Shown piece by piece: positions 55,301 to 64,000 of a stretch of 64,000 bases of DNA. The translations under genes and the position numbers were made by a program. Below the pieces are notes generated by a model that ran no database searches, was not told the origin of the DNA, and worked only from the letters and a program-made list of their open reading frames with translations. The stretch is from NCBI GenBank assembly GCA_964439215.1, contig CAYTNY010000001.1:33-64032 (forward strand), in the 5' to 3' direction. Origin of the DNA: an uncultured Spirochaetia bacterium. GTDB taxonomy: Bacteria; Oederibacteriota; PGYV01; CAYTNY01. Positions within the stretch are counted from its first letter, which is position 1, and each line of letters opens with the position of its first letter.

Positions 55301-58300
55301 TTACCGCTGTTTTTTGTAATAATCCTGTATTGATTTCACTTTCATATCTTTTTTCTTTACTGATTCAATTGCCGTCACCATTGCCTGCGCTCCGGCCAGG
55401 GTCGTGGTAAAAGGCACGCCAAGCGCTATTGCCGTGGTCCTTATAAGATAATCATCCGAACGCGGGCCCTTGCCTGCAGGGGTATTTATGATAAAGTCTA
55501 TTTCCTTGTTTTTCAGCGCGTCAATTATATTCGGCCTTCCTTCATTTACCTTGTTTACAATCTTTGCCTTTATGCCCTGCCGGTTAAGCATATTTGCCGT
55601 TCCCTCAGTGGCGATAATACTGAATCCCATGTCCTCAAGTTTTTTAGCGACAAAGGTCATTGTTCTTTTATCCTTGTTCTTTACGCTGATAAAAACCGTT
55701 CCTGACAAAGGCAGTTTCTGCCCTGCCGCAAGCTGCGCCTTATAAAACGCGTGCCCGAAATCCACATCTATCCCCATAACCTCACCGGTTGATTTCATTT
55801 CGGGCCCGAGTACAGAATCCGCTCCCGGAAACTTGCTGAACGGAAATACCGATTCTTTTATTGCAAAGTGCCCCATTTCAAGATTTTCTTTTATTTCAAG
55901 CTCCTTTATGGTTCTTCCTGCCATAAGTTTTGTCGCGATCTTAACCCACGGCACGCCGGAAGCCTTTGAAACAAAAGGAACCGTTCTTGAGGCCCTTGGA
56001 TTTACCTCAAGCACATATACTGTATCATTTTTTACCGCATACTGTGTATTCATCAGCCCTCTTACATCAAGCTCCAGCGCCAGGGCCCTTGTATGCTTTT
56101 TTATTTTTTCAACAATATCGTCCCTTATGGTAAAATGCGGCAGAACACAGGCGGAATCGCCGGAATGTATTCCCGCCTCCTCAATATGCTCCATAATACC
56201 CGCTATCACAACTTCTCTGCCGTCGCACACGCAGTCCACATCAACCTCAACAGCATCTTCCAGAAACTTGTCTATCAGCACCGGATGGGTTCCCGACACT
56301 TCAAAAGCTTCTTTTATAAAATCATCAAAACCAAAATCATCATAAACGATCTCCATTGCCCTGCCTCCGAGAACGTAACTCGGCCTCACAAGCACAGGAT
56401 AGCCTATTCTGTGAACTATTTTTCTTGCTTCTTCAACGTTTTTCGCGGTTCCCGGTTCAGGACAGGGTATTCCAAGTTTTTTCAGTATTCTTTCAAACTT
56501 TTTTCTGTCCTCCGCCAGGTCAATACTGAGCGGGGACGTACCCATTATCTTTACTTTTTCCTTAAACAGCGGCATTGAAAGTTTTAAAGGAGTCTGACCG
56601 CCGAACTGCACAATAAACCCGGTGTCTTTTCCCTCCTGCCGCGCGATCGCAAGAACATCCTCTTTTGTCAAAGGCTCAAAATAAAGCTTGTCAGATGTAT
56701 CATAATCCGTGGATACGGTTTCAGGATTGCAGTTTACCATTGAAACCTCATACCCTTCTTCCCTGAGTGCGAATACCCCGTGAACACAGCAGTAATCAAA
56801 TTCTATCCCCTGCCCTATGCGGTTCGGCCCGCCTCCCAGTATCACTGCTTTTTTCTTTTTTGTAACAGGATTCTCGTTCTCGCTTTCGTAAGTGGAATAC
56901 AGATACGGAGTGTGGGCCTCAAACTCTCCGCCGCAGGTATCAACCGTTTTATATACCGGCTGCAGTGAAAGTTTTTTTCTTATCTTTCTTACTGTATCCT
57001 CGCTGCTGCCGAATATATGCGCAAGCTGTATGTCCGAATAGCCGTCTTCTTTTGCTTTTTTCAGGGTATCCCTGAACGCCGGGGCGTTCTTCATATTTAT
57101 TCTGCCCTGTTTTTTCCTAAGCCTGTACATTTCCTTTTCAAAATCCGTCATTTCCTTTATCTGCTTTAAGAACCACGGATCTATTTTTGTTATATCATAA
57201 CATTCCCGGATGCTCATTCCTTTTTCCAGCGCGTATTTTACATACATGAGCCGTTTGCTGCTCGCGGCGGGTATTTTCTTTTTCAGCCATTCCATCTGCA
57301 GCTTTGAGACATCGCGGTCCTTGCCGTCCGCTCCGAATCCCGCCCTTCCGATTTCCAGCGAACGCATTGCCTTCTGAAGCGACTCTTTGAATGTCCTGCC
57401 GATAGACATAACTTCACCTATGGATTTCATCTGCGTGCCGAGTTCGTCTTTTGTCTCCCTGAACTTTTCAAAAGTAAACCGCGGAATCTTTGTCACAACA
57501 TAGTCAATGGTCGGCTCAAAAGACGCCGGCGTATATTTGGTAATATCATTGGGAATCTCATCAAGAGTATATCCCACGGCAAGTTTTGCCGCTATCTTGG
57601 CGATCGGAAAGCCGGTTGCCTTTGAAGCCAGCGCCGAGGACCTTGATACTCTCGGATTCATTTCTATGACAACAAGCCGTCCGTTTTTCGGATCAACTCC
57701 AAACTGTATATTGGAGCCGCCCGTGCTTACGCCGATTTCCCTCATTATCGCGAGCGAAGCGGACCTCATCAGCTGATATTCTTTATCCGTAAGCGTCTGA
57801 GCCGGAGCGACGGTTATTGAGTCGCCCGTATGTATACCCATGGGATCAAAATTCTCTATTGAACATACTATTACAACATTATCTTTCAGATCCCGCATCA
57901 CCTCAAGTTCATATTCTTTCCACCCCAGTATGGACGCCTCCAAAAGCACTTTGTCAACGGGAGAATCCTGAATTCCGCGCTCAACCTTTTCCTGAAACTC
58001 CTGCATATTATAGGCAATGGAGCCGCCTGTTCCTCCAAGCGTGAACGCCGGTCTTATTATAATGGGGAAATCTATTTTTTCCGCGGCCGCCATAGCTTCC
58101 TTCATGTTTTTTACCTGAGCGCTTTTGGGGACATCAAGCCCTATCTTCTGCATTGCTTTTTTAAACTCGTCCCTGTCTTCGGCTTTTTTAATAGCTTTAA
58201 AATCCGCGCCTATTAATTCAACGCCGTATTTTTTGTCATATCCTTTTCTGACAAAATCCATTGCCAGATTCAGCCCTGTCTGCCCGCCGATTGTCGGCAG

Positions 58301-58558
58301 TATACAGTCAGGACGCTCTTTTTTCACTATTTTCTCAAGAATATCAACGGTGAGCGGTTCTATGTATGTCGCGTCGGCAAATTCCGGATCTGTCATTATT
58401 GTGGCGGGATTTGAGTTCACAAGGACTACCTCATATCCTTCTTCTTTCAGCGCCTTGCAGGCCTGTGTTCCCGAATAATCAAATTCGCACGCCTGTCCTA
58501 TTACAATAGGTCCGGAGCCTATCAAAAGTATTTTTTTTATGTCTGTTCTTTTCGGCAT
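55301..58558 (-). CDS. carB: Carbamoyl-phosphate synthase large subunit CarB
   Basis: Duplicated ATP-grasp halves and an MGS-like C-terminal domain. 1085 aa. Confidence 0.92.
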   Translation of the reverse strand: MPKRTDIKKILLIGSGPIVIGQACEFDYSGTQACKALKEEGYEVVLVNSNPATIMTDPEFADATYIEPLTVDILEKIVKKERPDCILPTIGGQTGLNLAMDFVRKGYDKKYGVELIGADFKAIKKAEDRDEFKKAMQKIGLDVPKSAQVKNMKEAMAAAEKIDFPIIIRPAFTLGGTGGSIAYNMQEFQEKVERGIQDSPVDKVLLEASILGWKEYELEVMRDLKDNVVIVCSIENFDPMGIHTGDSITVAPAQTLTDKEYQLMRSASLAIMREIGVSTGGSNIQFGVDPKNGRLVVIEMNPRVSRSSALASKATGFPIAKIAAKLAVGYTLDEIPNDITKYTPASFEPTIDYVVTKIPRFTFEKFRETKDELGTQMKSIGEVMSIGRTFKESLQKAMRSLEIGRAGFGADGKDRDVSKLQMEWLKKKIPAASSKRLMYVKYALEKGMSIRECYDITKIDPWFLKQIKEMTDFEKEMYRLRKKQGRINMKNAPAFRDTLKKAKEDGYSDIQLAHIFGSSEDTVRKIRKKLSLQPVYKTVDTCGGEFEAHTPYLYSTYESENENPVTKKKKAVILGGGPNRIGQGIEFDYCCVHGVFALREEGYEVSMVNCNPETVSTDYDTSDKLYFEPLTKEDVLAIARQEGKDTGFIVQFGGQTPLKLSMPLFKEKVKIMGTSPLSIDLAEDRKKFERILKKLGIPCPEPGTAKNVEEARKIVHRIGYPVLVRPSYVLGGRAMEIVYDDFGFDDFIKEAFEVSGTHPVLIDKFLEDAVEVDVDCVCDGREVVIAGIMEHIEEAGIHSGDSACVLPHFTIRDDIVEKIKKHTRALALELDVRGLMNTQYAVKNDTVYVLEVNPRASRTVPFVSKASGVPWVKIATKLMAGRTIKELEIKENLEMGHFAIKESVFPFSKFPGADSVLGPEMKSTGEVMGIDVDFGHAFYKAQLAAGQKLPLSGTVFISVKNKDKRTMTFVAKKLEDMGFSIIATEGTANMLNRQGIKAKIVNKVNEGRPNIIDALKNKEIDFIINTPAGKGPRSDDYLIRTTAIALGVPFTTTLAGAQAMVTAIESVKKKDMKVKSIQDYYKKQR

Positions 58559-58577
58559 ATTTTTCTCCTTTTATCTT

Positions 58578-59789
58578 TTAATTCTTCTTTTTTTTCGCGG
58601 TTTTCCCCGGGCTGTGTCCTGCTGTTTTCCGGGCTTTCTTTTCCTGCCTCATATAATCGGCAAATCTATCAAATATGTTTTTATGGTCATGCGGGCCCGC
58701 CGATGCTTCAGGATGATTCTGTATGGCAAAGCATTTTAATTTTTTAACCTCAATGCCTTCCACCGTACCGTCATTCAGGTTTGTATGCGTAACCTCCACC
58801 TTATGCGGGGAGCCTTTCAGCGAATCCATATCCGTGGCAAAACCATGATTCTGCACGGTTATGTCTATCCTGCCGGTCTTATTATCCCTGACAGGATGAT
58901 TGGCCCCTCTATGCCCGAATTTCAGCTTATATGTCCTGCCGCCGAGCGCCAGCGACATAAGCTGGCTCCCGAAACATATTCCAAACATGGGTTTTTTTCC
59001 GAGAAGTTTTTTTATTTCCTCAACCAGATAAGGAACCGCAGCCGGGTCCCCCGGACCGTTGGAAATAAATATCCCATCGGGCTTAAGCTCCATTATACGC
59101 TCTGCTTTTGCGGTTATGGGCACTACCGTGATCTTACAATTGAGCTCCGTCAGTATTCTTAAGATCGTATGCTTTATGCCGCAGTCAACCGCAACCACAT
59201 GGAATTTATCTTTGTTCTTCCACATTTTCAGATAATCTTTCTCATTTCTCATTATATCAAGAACCTTAAGGCCTTTGGCTTCGGGCCATCTGTATTCTTT
59301 TTTCACGGATACACCCTTTGCAAGGTCCCTTCCCTCAAGAGGCTCGGATGCTTTCACTTTTTTCAGCAGCGACTTTTTATCCGTATCCTTTGCCGAAAGC
59401 ACGCTTTTCATCGCGCCGTTGTTCCTTATATGCCTGACAAGCTTCCTTGTATCAATGCCCTCAATGGCAGGAATCTTGTTTTTTATCAGATAATCAATAA
59501 AACTCATTTCACTTCTCCAGTTGGAAGCTATCTTGCTCATGTTTTTCACGACAAATCCTTCCGCCTGCGGTCTGTTTGACTCCGAGTCATAACGGTTCAC
59601 TCCGCAGTTTCCTATTTCGGTATAGGTCATTGCCACAATCTGCCCTTTATAAGAAGGATCCGTGATTATTTCCTGATAACCCGTCATGGAAGTATTAAAA
59701 ACTATTTCACCATAAGCTTCCCCGGAATACCCGGCGGAAACACCTTCAAAACAGGCGCCGTCTTCCAGCATAAGCATTGCTTTTTTCAT
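58578..59789 (-). CDS. carA: Carbamoyl-phosphate synthase small subunit CarA (start placed at the internal Met with a strong RBS)
   Basis: CPSase small-chain N-domain plus a glutamine amidotransferase domain. The longest ORF runs to 59843. ATAATTAAAAAGGAGACAAAT-ATG places the real start at 59789 (MKKAMLMLEDG...). C-terminus is Lys-rich. Confidence 0.85.
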   Translation of the reverse strand: MKKAMLMLEDGACFEGVSAGYSGEAYGEIVFNTSMTGYQEIITDPSYKGQIVAMTYTEIGNCGVNRYDSESNRPQAEGFVVKNMSKIASNWRSEMSFIDYLIKNKIPAIEGIDTRKLVRHIRNNGAMKSVLSAKDTDKKSLLKKVKASEPLEGRDLAKGVSVKKEYRWPEAKGLKVLDIMRNEKDYLKMWKNKDKFHVVAVDCGIKHTILRILTELNCKITVVPITAKAERIMELKPDGIFISNGPGDPAAVPYLVEEIKKLLGKKPMFGICFGSQLMSLALGGRTYKLKFGHRGANHPVRDNKTGRIDITVQNHGFATDMDSLKGSPHKVEVTHTNLNDGTVEGIEVKKLKCFAIQNHPEASAGPHDHKNIFDRFADYMRQEKKARKTAGHSPGKTAKKKKN

Positions 59790-59823
59790 ATTTGTCTCCT
59801 TTTTAATTATATGAGTATGCTTT

Positions 59824-61113
59824 TCAGCACTTTTCCTGTGCATTGCCTGTAACTGCTTTGCCGTTCTTTATAACTGTTTCTATTTTGCCGTGAAGCCTGC
59901 TTCCGATAAACGGGGAGTTGGTTGACTTTGATTCAAAGAAATCATTTGTGATTTCAACCTCCGCGTCAATGTCAGCTATCACAATATCGGCGTCCGAGCC
60001 TTCCGACAGGCTGCCCGCGTTTATTCCCAGTATCTTCGCTGGGTTCACGCACATTTTTTCAACAAGAGCGCTTATCGTAAGCGTTTGTGTTCTTACAAGA
60101 TACTCAATTGCCAGAGGAAACGCGGTCTCAAGCCCGATCATTCCCGGAGCAGCCATACGAAACTCCACATTTTTGTCAAGCTCGGCGTGGGGCGCGTGGT
60201 CAGTGGCAATAACATCTATGGTGCCGTCTTTGAGCCCTTTTATCACGGCTTTTACATCCTCTTTTGACCTCAGCGGCGGCTTGACCTTAAAATTCGTGTC
60301 ATATCCCGCGAGCATTGAGTCATCAAGCGAAAAATGGTGGGGCGCGGCCTCGGCAGTCACCTTTACCCCCTGTTTTTTCGCCCATCTCACAAGTTCTACG
60401 GCACCTTTGGTGGAAATATGCTGTATGTGTATCTTTGCGTCCATCTCTTTGGCTGTCATTATATCCCGCGCAGCTATCACATCCTCGGCGCAGGCAGGCT
60501 CGCCTTTTAACCCAAAAATCGTGGAATAATATCCCTCGTTCATCTCCGCTTCCGCGGTAAGCGCAAGGTCCTCGCAATGCTCCATAAGGGGTATGTCAAA
60601 CATCTTACAGTATTCAAGGGCGCGCCTTAAAAGTTCGGAATTCTTAACAGGCGACCCGTCGTCGGTAACCGCAACTGCCCCGGCTTTCACAAGCTCGCCT
60701 ATGGGCGCAAGCTCTTCGCCTGCCCGGCCTTTTGTTACTGTCCCGGCAACAAGCACATCTATACAGCCTTCTTTGCCTGCTTTCATATTTATAAACTCAA
60801 CCATTGCCTGATTATCTATCGGTGGCTGGGTATTTGGCATACATACAACTTTTGTAAAACCGCCCTTTGCCGCGGCTTTTGTGCCTGTCTCAATGGTTTC
60901 CTTGTACTCGTATCCCGGCTCCCTGAGATGAACGTGCAGGTCAATAAAACCGGGCATAACATATTTGCCGCCCGCGTCTATTATTTTCGCGTCCCTTTCC
61001 GAAATGCTTTTTCCTGTTTTGGCTATCACTCCGCCTGAAACCAGTATGTCCATTTTCCCGTTTATGCCGTTTGCCGGGTCCACAACCGTTCCGTTTTTAA
61101 TTAATAATTTCAT
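59824..61113 (-). CDS. pyrC: Dihydroorotase PyrC
   Basis: Amidohydrolase fold. GFIDLHVHLREPG motif. 429 aa. Confidence 0.88.
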   Translation of the reverse strand: MKLLIKNGTVVDPANGINGKMDILVSGGVIAKTGKSISERDAKIIDAGGKYVMPGFIDLHVHLREPGYEYKETIETGTKAAAKGGFTKVVCMPNTQPPIDNQAMVEFINMKAGKEGCIDVLVAGTVTKGRAGEELAPIGELVKAGAVAVTDDGSPVKNSELLRRALEYCKMFDIPLMEHCEDLALTAEAEMNEGYYSTIFGLKGEPACAEDVIAARDIMTAKEMDAKIHIQHISTKGAVELVRWAKKQGVKVTAEAAPHHFSLDDSMLAGYDTNFKVKPPLRSKEDVKAVIKGLKDGTIDVIATDHAPHAELDKNVEFRMAAPGMIGLETAFPLAIEYLVRTQTLTISALVEKMCVNPAKILGINAGSLSEGSDADIVIADIDAEVEITNDFFESKSTNSPFIGSRLHGKIETVIKNGKAVTGNAQEKC

Positions 61114-62029
61114 CTTTTTTGCCTCCCCCGAGAAGATAAAGAACAGCCATTCTCACGGCCACTCCGTTTGTAACCTGCTCTTCTATGACCGACTGCGGCC
61201 CGTCCGCGACTGACGGCGATATTTCTATGCCCCTGTTCATCGGGCCCGGGTGCAGGACAAGGCAGTCTTCTTTCGCGTATTTCAGTTTTTTGCTGTCAAT
61301 TCCGAAAAGCATCGCGTACTCCCTTAAAGTCGGAAACATATTTTTTTTCTGTCTTTCAAGCTGCATCCTGAGTATGTTTATGACATCAACGTCTTTAAGC
61401 CCTTCTTTAATATCAGTGTACACATCAACCCCCATTTTATGTATGTCTCTCGGTATCAGCGTTGACGGGCCCACAACCCTCACATTCGCGCCGAGTTTTT
61501 TCAGCCCCCATATGTTTGAACGGGCGACGCGCGAGTGAAGTATGTCCCCGACTATGGCAACATTCAGCCCTTTTATGTCTGCCTTTTTTTCCTGTATTGA
61601 AAACATATCCAAAAGCGCCTGGGTCGGATGCTCGTGCATCCCGTCCCCCGCGTTTATCACCGAGGATTTTATGTTTTTGGACAGAAAAAGCGGAACACCC
61701 GACATTGAGTGCCTTATTATCACCATATCTATCTGCATCGCCTCCACGGTGCGCAGGGTATCAAGAAGCGTCTCGCCCTTTGCCACCGCTGAAGTTGACA
61801 TCTGCATATTCACGACATCAGCGGAGAGCCGCTTGGCCGCAAGCTCAAAAGAGGTCCTTGTCCTTGTGGACGGCTCAAAAAACATATTCACTATTGTCCT
61901 GCCCTTGAGAGCCGGCACCTTTTTTATCGGCCTTAAAATAACTTCTTTAAAATTCTTTGCCAGCTTAAGTATTGACTCAATATCCTCTTTTGAAACATCT
62001 TCCAGCCCTATCAGGTGTTTGAAACCCAT
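61097..62029 (-). CDS. pyrB: Aspartate carbamoyltransferase catalytic subunit PyrB
   Basis: STRTRTSFE carbamoyl-phosphate-binding motif. HPGP motif. 310 aa. Confidence 0.9.
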   Translation of the reverse strand: MGFKHLIGLEDVSKEDIESILKLAKNFKEVILRPIKKVPALKGRTIVNMFFEPSTRTRTSFELAAKRLSADVVNMQMSTSAVAKGETLLDTLRTVEAMQIDMVIIRHSMSGVPLFLSKNIKSSVINAGDGMHEHPTQALLDMFSIQEKKADIKGLNVAIVGDILHSRVARSNIWGLKKLGANVRVVGPSTLIPRDIHKMGVDVYTDIKEGLKDVDVINILRMQLERQKKNMFPTLREYAMLFGIDSKKLKYAKEDCLVLHPGPMNRGIEISPSVADGPQSVIEEQVTNGVAVRMAVLYLLGGGKKDEIIN

Positions 62030-62047
62030 ATCCGCCTCCGTATCATA

Positions 62048-62587
62048 TTATAACTTTTCCGCAAGAAGAACCTTGTTTTCGCCTTCAAGCCTGAAAACTA
62101 TCTCTTCCTCCGCGCTTGTCGGGACATTCTTTCCCGCGTAATTCGCCTGTATGGGAAGCTCCCGGTGCCCGCGGTCAACAAGAACGGCAAGCTGTATTGT
62201 TTTCGGCCTGCCCTGTTCTATAACCACATCCATCGCGGCCCTTGCTGTCCTGCCCGTGTAAAGAACATCGTCAACCAGTATTATGTCTTTGCCGTCCACT
62301 TTGAAATTAAGCTCGGTTTCGTTTACTTCGATATGACTCGTAATATCATAATCGTCCCTGTAAAAGGTTATGTCAACAGCGCCCACAGGAACGTCCTTGT
62401 TTTCTATTTTTTTGATGTTTTCGGCTATTCTTTCCGCGAGTATATCGCCTCTTTTCTTTATGCCGACAATGGCAAGATTCTCCGCGCCTCTGTTTTTTTC
62501 AAGGATTTCGTGGGAAATACGGGTAAGAGCGCGGCTGATTGATTCCGCGTCAAGGATCTCGGATTTGATTTTAATTTCTTCTTCCAT
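62048..62587 (-). CDS. pyrR: Bifunctional pyr operon regulator / uracil phosphoribosyltransferase PyrR (start placed at the internal Met)
   Basis: PRTase fold. The PyrR-like start MEEEIKIKSEILDAESISRALTRISHEILE is preceded by a GGAGA RBS. The longest ORF (to 62671) would add 28 non-conserved residues and run across the attenuator terminator. Confidence 0.8.
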   Translation of the reverse strand: MEEEIKIKSEILDAESISRALTRISHEILEKNRGAENLAIVGIKKRGDILAERIAENIKKIENKDVPVGAVDITFYRDDYDITSHIEVNETELNFKVDGKDIILVDDVLYTGRTARAAMDVVIEQGRPKTIQLAVLVDRGHRELPIQANYAGKNVPTSAEEEIVFRLEGENKVLLAEKL

Positions 62588-62649
62588 TTTAAGCTCTCCG
62601 TTTTCACGGATGCCCTCTGTTTTTCTCCGCGGCGAAAAAGGCGTCAAAC

Positions 62650-62730
62650 AAAAAAAGCCTTCTTCCCGCAAGAGGCAGAAAGGAGGCCTGTCATTTTCTC
62701 CTTACCGGTCTCGCAGGACCGATTTAAAGG
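62650..62730 (-). promoter_or_regulatory. Putative PyrR-dependent transcription attenuator: PyrR-box-like loop followed by an intrinsic terminator
   Basis: On the minus-strand RNA, GGUCCUGCGAGACCGGUAAGGAG (plus ~62700-62722) resembles the PyrR binding consensus UCCNGAGAGGCUNCAAGG. Downstream, a 10-bp GC-rich hairpin (plus 62657-62688) is followed by U7 (plus 62650-62656), ~60 nt before the pyrR RBS. Confidence 0.5.
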
Positions 62731-62758
62731 ACATCTCTTTTTTCTTTTCGTCCGCATT

Positions 62759-62787
62759 ACAATACTATATCACCGGGAAAAGGTCAA
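62759..62787 (-). promoter_or_regulatory. Candidate pyr operon promoter (TTGACC-17-TATTGT)
   Basis: Minus-strand -35 TTGACC (plus 62782-62787), a 17-nt spacer, and -10 TATTGT (plus 62759-62764), upstream of the PyrR-box leader. Confidence 0.35.
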
Positions 62788-62807
62788 GTTTTTTTTATTC
62801 CAACGCC

Positions 62808-62835
62808 CCCGCAAAATAGAAATGTCCGGTTTCAA
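62808..62835. repeat. Direct repeat copy 1 (cgcaaaatagaaatgtccggtttcaaaa...) immediately 3' of hicA
   Basis: Shares an 18-nt identical core cgcaaaatagaaatgtcc and ~25/28 identity with 63376-63404. Followed by a GC-rich segment. Confidence 0.6.
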
Positions 62836-62867
62836 AAATACAGCACGCCGGGACCCGATGCTTTGTT

Positions 62868-63089
62868 CTATTTTTCAATAATCTCTTTTAATTGCTTTAA
62901 AGTAATTCCCGCCTGCCGTAGTATGCTGTTCAATGTTCCTTGCGGTATTTCTTTTTTATTCATCGGCAATATAACAACATTTCCATCCTGATTTTTTAAT
63001 TTTCCGTGAGAACCTTTCTGAGAAATAAAATTGAAGCCCATTTGGTTTAATGCAGATTGGATTTTCTTTGAGGAATACAGCTTAGGCAT
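62868..63089 (-). CDS. hicA: HicA-family mRNA-interferase toxin
   Basis: 73 aa. HicA/YcfA motifs (KKIQSALNQMGF; QKGSHGKLKNQDGNVVILPMNKKEIPQGTLNSILRQAGI). Confidence 0.8.
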   Translation of the reverse strand: MPKLYSSKKIQSALNQMGFNFISQKGSHGKLKNQDGNVVILPMNKKEIPQGTLNSILRQAGITLKQLKEIIEK

Positions 63090-63288
63090 TGATTTGTTCT
63101 TTGCCTATGGTTATTCTTTCCACTTTAGAAAGTTCTATATTTTCCCCTTCTAATCTTAACTCAACAGCTTCTTTCAGATTTGCAATAGCTTCTTCCATCG
63201 AATCTCCGCAGGACGCCACATCAATATTTACGCATTGAGAAACATATTGTTTCTCTTCCTTCCATACCACAACATCTATTTCTTTCAC
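63082..63288 (-). CDS. hicB: HicB-like antitoxin (short, RNase-H-like fold only), GTG start
   Basis: 68 aa UPF0150/HicB N-domain-like sequence. Overlaps hicA by 8 nt. AGGAGG RBS 7 nt before the GTG. Confidence 0.65.
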   Translation of the reverse strand: MKEIDVVVWKEEKQYVSQCVNIDVASCGDSMEEAIANLKEAVELRLEGENIELSKVERITIGKEQINA

Positions 63289-63326
63289 AATATCACCTCC
63301 TTTATTGGCTGTTTATCCTCAAATAA

Positions 63327-63355
63327 ATTATACTACTGTATTCTGCCCTTTTCAA
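63327..63355 (-). promoter_or_regulatory. Consensus-like sigma70 promoter for hicBA (TTGAAA-17-TATAAT)
   Basis: Minus-strand -35 TTGAAA (plus 63350-63355), a 17-nt spacer, and -10 TATAAT (plus 63327-63332), ~35 nt upstream of the hicB RBS. Confidence 0.55.
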
Positions 63356-63375
63356 CTATTGCTTTTTTCAGTGCC

Positions 63376-63404
63376 GCCGCAAAATAGAAATGTCCTGTTT
63401 TCCA
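63376..63404. repeat. Direct repeat copy 2 (cgcaaaatagaaatgtcctgttttccaaa...) upstream of the hicBA promoter and 3' of the lipoprotein gene
   Basis: See copy 1. Followed by the GC-rich stretch cgcagcggtccggcgcggggg. Confidence 0.6.
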
Positions 63405-63435
63405 AACGCAGCGGTCCGGCGCGGGGGTCTTCGCT

Positions 63436-63945
63436 TCATTCCCATGGTGTAGGAAGCGGTATAGAAGCATTGTAATTCAGGTAAAACTCCTTTGCTTCAG
63501 AACGAAAACTCTCTATTTCCGACTGCGCATTAACAGTCACGGTGAAAATATCTCCGCCGAGATAACTTCCGCCCCGCGGTAAATCCAGATAATCACTCAT
63601 ATATATCTCATACGATACAGTCACGGTAATGTGCCGCGGCACGCCCGAATTTATTTCTATATCCCAGCTTGTTTTATCCTGTTCATAGATGTCATCTATC
63701 TCAGAAACCGGATTGTAATATTTATCTTCCTTTAATTCATACCTGTACGAAGAAGAATGCAGATACGAATGTGCTTCTTCCTGCATTTCCCCGTTCAAAA
63801 ACACCCACACTCCCGGTTCTATACCCTGAACCCTCGCCTTTACAACCACGGAATAACTGTCGGTATATTTATACTGCGGAAATTTGAAATCGCGGCATCC
63901 GAAGAAAAACACCGCGCATAAACATATAAAAACAACCCGCTTCAT
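63436..63945 (-). CDS. Hypothetical lipoprotein (169 aa)
   Basis: Signal peptide with a lipobox (FFFGC). No recognisable domain. Confidence 0.5.
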   Translation of the reverse strand: MKRVVFICLCAVFFFGCRDFKFPQYKYTDSYSVVVKARVQGIEPGVWVFLNGEMQEEAHSYLHSSSYRYELKEDKYYNPVSEIDDIYEQDKTSWDIEINSGVPRHITVTVSYEIYMSDYLDLPRGGSYLGGDIFTVTVNAQSEIESFRSEAKEFYLNYNASIPLPTPWE

Positions 63946-64000
63946 AACAGGCTCCTTTTTGCGCCGTTAATTCCCCGGCAGGTTTTAATCCGCATCTTCA

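Noticed and set aside
58578-59843. Longest-ORF extensions of carA (to 59843) and pyrR (to 62671)
   Set aside because: N-terminal extensions are unconserved in character, lack an RBS, and in pyrR span the attenuator terminator. Internal Met codons with strong Shine-Dalgarno sequences fit the conserved protein starts.
62808-63404. Possible integron cassette (attC-like sites) around hicBA
   Set aside because: The flanking elements are direct, not imperfect inverted repeats. No GTTRRRY core sites or intI are recognisable. Kept only as a generic 'repeat-flanked cassette'.
1-64000. CRISPR arrays, rRNA genes, transposases/integrases
   Set aside because: No regularly spaced direct repeats with unique spacers, no rRNA-like conserved stretches and no DDE/tyrosine recombinase ORFs. 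Only one tRNA (Leu-GAG) was found by eye.

Overview
The window is a gene-dense chromosomal segment of a flagellated diderm bacterium of unknown lineage, about 45-50% GC, with BamA, Skp and the LpxA/C/D/I lipid A enzymes present. Almost all genes lie on the minus strand. Read on the minus strand from the 3' end of the window (high coordinates) toward position 1, it contains: (1) a lipoprotein and a hicB-hicA toxin-antitoxin pair flanked by ~28-bp imperfect direct repeats. (2) A Bacillus-type pyr operon, pyrR-pyrB-pyrC-carA-carB-pyrK-pyrD, with a PyrR-box/terminator attenuator leader and an M23 peptidase tacked on. (3) A lone HNH endonuclease. (4) One long co-directional run, bamA-skp-lpxD-lpxC-fabZ-lpxA-lpxI-DegT aminotransferase-smc-ftsY-recJ-methyltransferase. 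(5) nth and speH, transcribed divergently from an intergenic region that carries repeated motifs. (6) A DksA-type zinc-finger protein with a histone-H1-like lysine tail, rsmD, and a free-standing cNMP-binding protein translationally coupled to a 4-TM PF04020 holin-like protein. (7) tRNA-Leu(GAG). (8) A putative envelope/protein-glycosylation operon: ROK kinase, a Wzy_C O-antigen-ligase-like protein fused to TPR repeats, a DUF2723 GT-C-like protein fused to TPR repeats, and an orphan sigma54 activator. (9) A Thr-rich secreted protein with a T9SS-type C-terminal domain next to a PorV/UPF0164-like barrel. (10) nagA, ctpA, a YibQ-like deacetylase, tsaD, mgtC and dus. (11) An unusual PorV-like barrel fused to two FlgD_Ig-like domains and an OmpA domain, flanked by REP/MITE-like hairpin repeats and short tandem repeat arrays. 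(12) murA translationally coupled to a methyl-accepting chemotaxis protein and two small genes. (13) A B. subtilis-order flagellar operon, flgB-flgC-fliE-fliF-fliG-fliH-fliI-fliJ-fliK-flgD-(small ORF)-flgE, behind a near-consensus sigma70 promoter. I found no CRISPR array, no rRNA and no clear transposase. The most interesting candidates are the twin TPR-fused glycosyltransferase-like membrane proteins next to a Thr-rich T9SS cargo and its PorV-like partner, the PorV-FlgD_Ig-OmpA fusion, the cNMP-binding/holin-like pair, and a new family of palindromic intergenic repeats.
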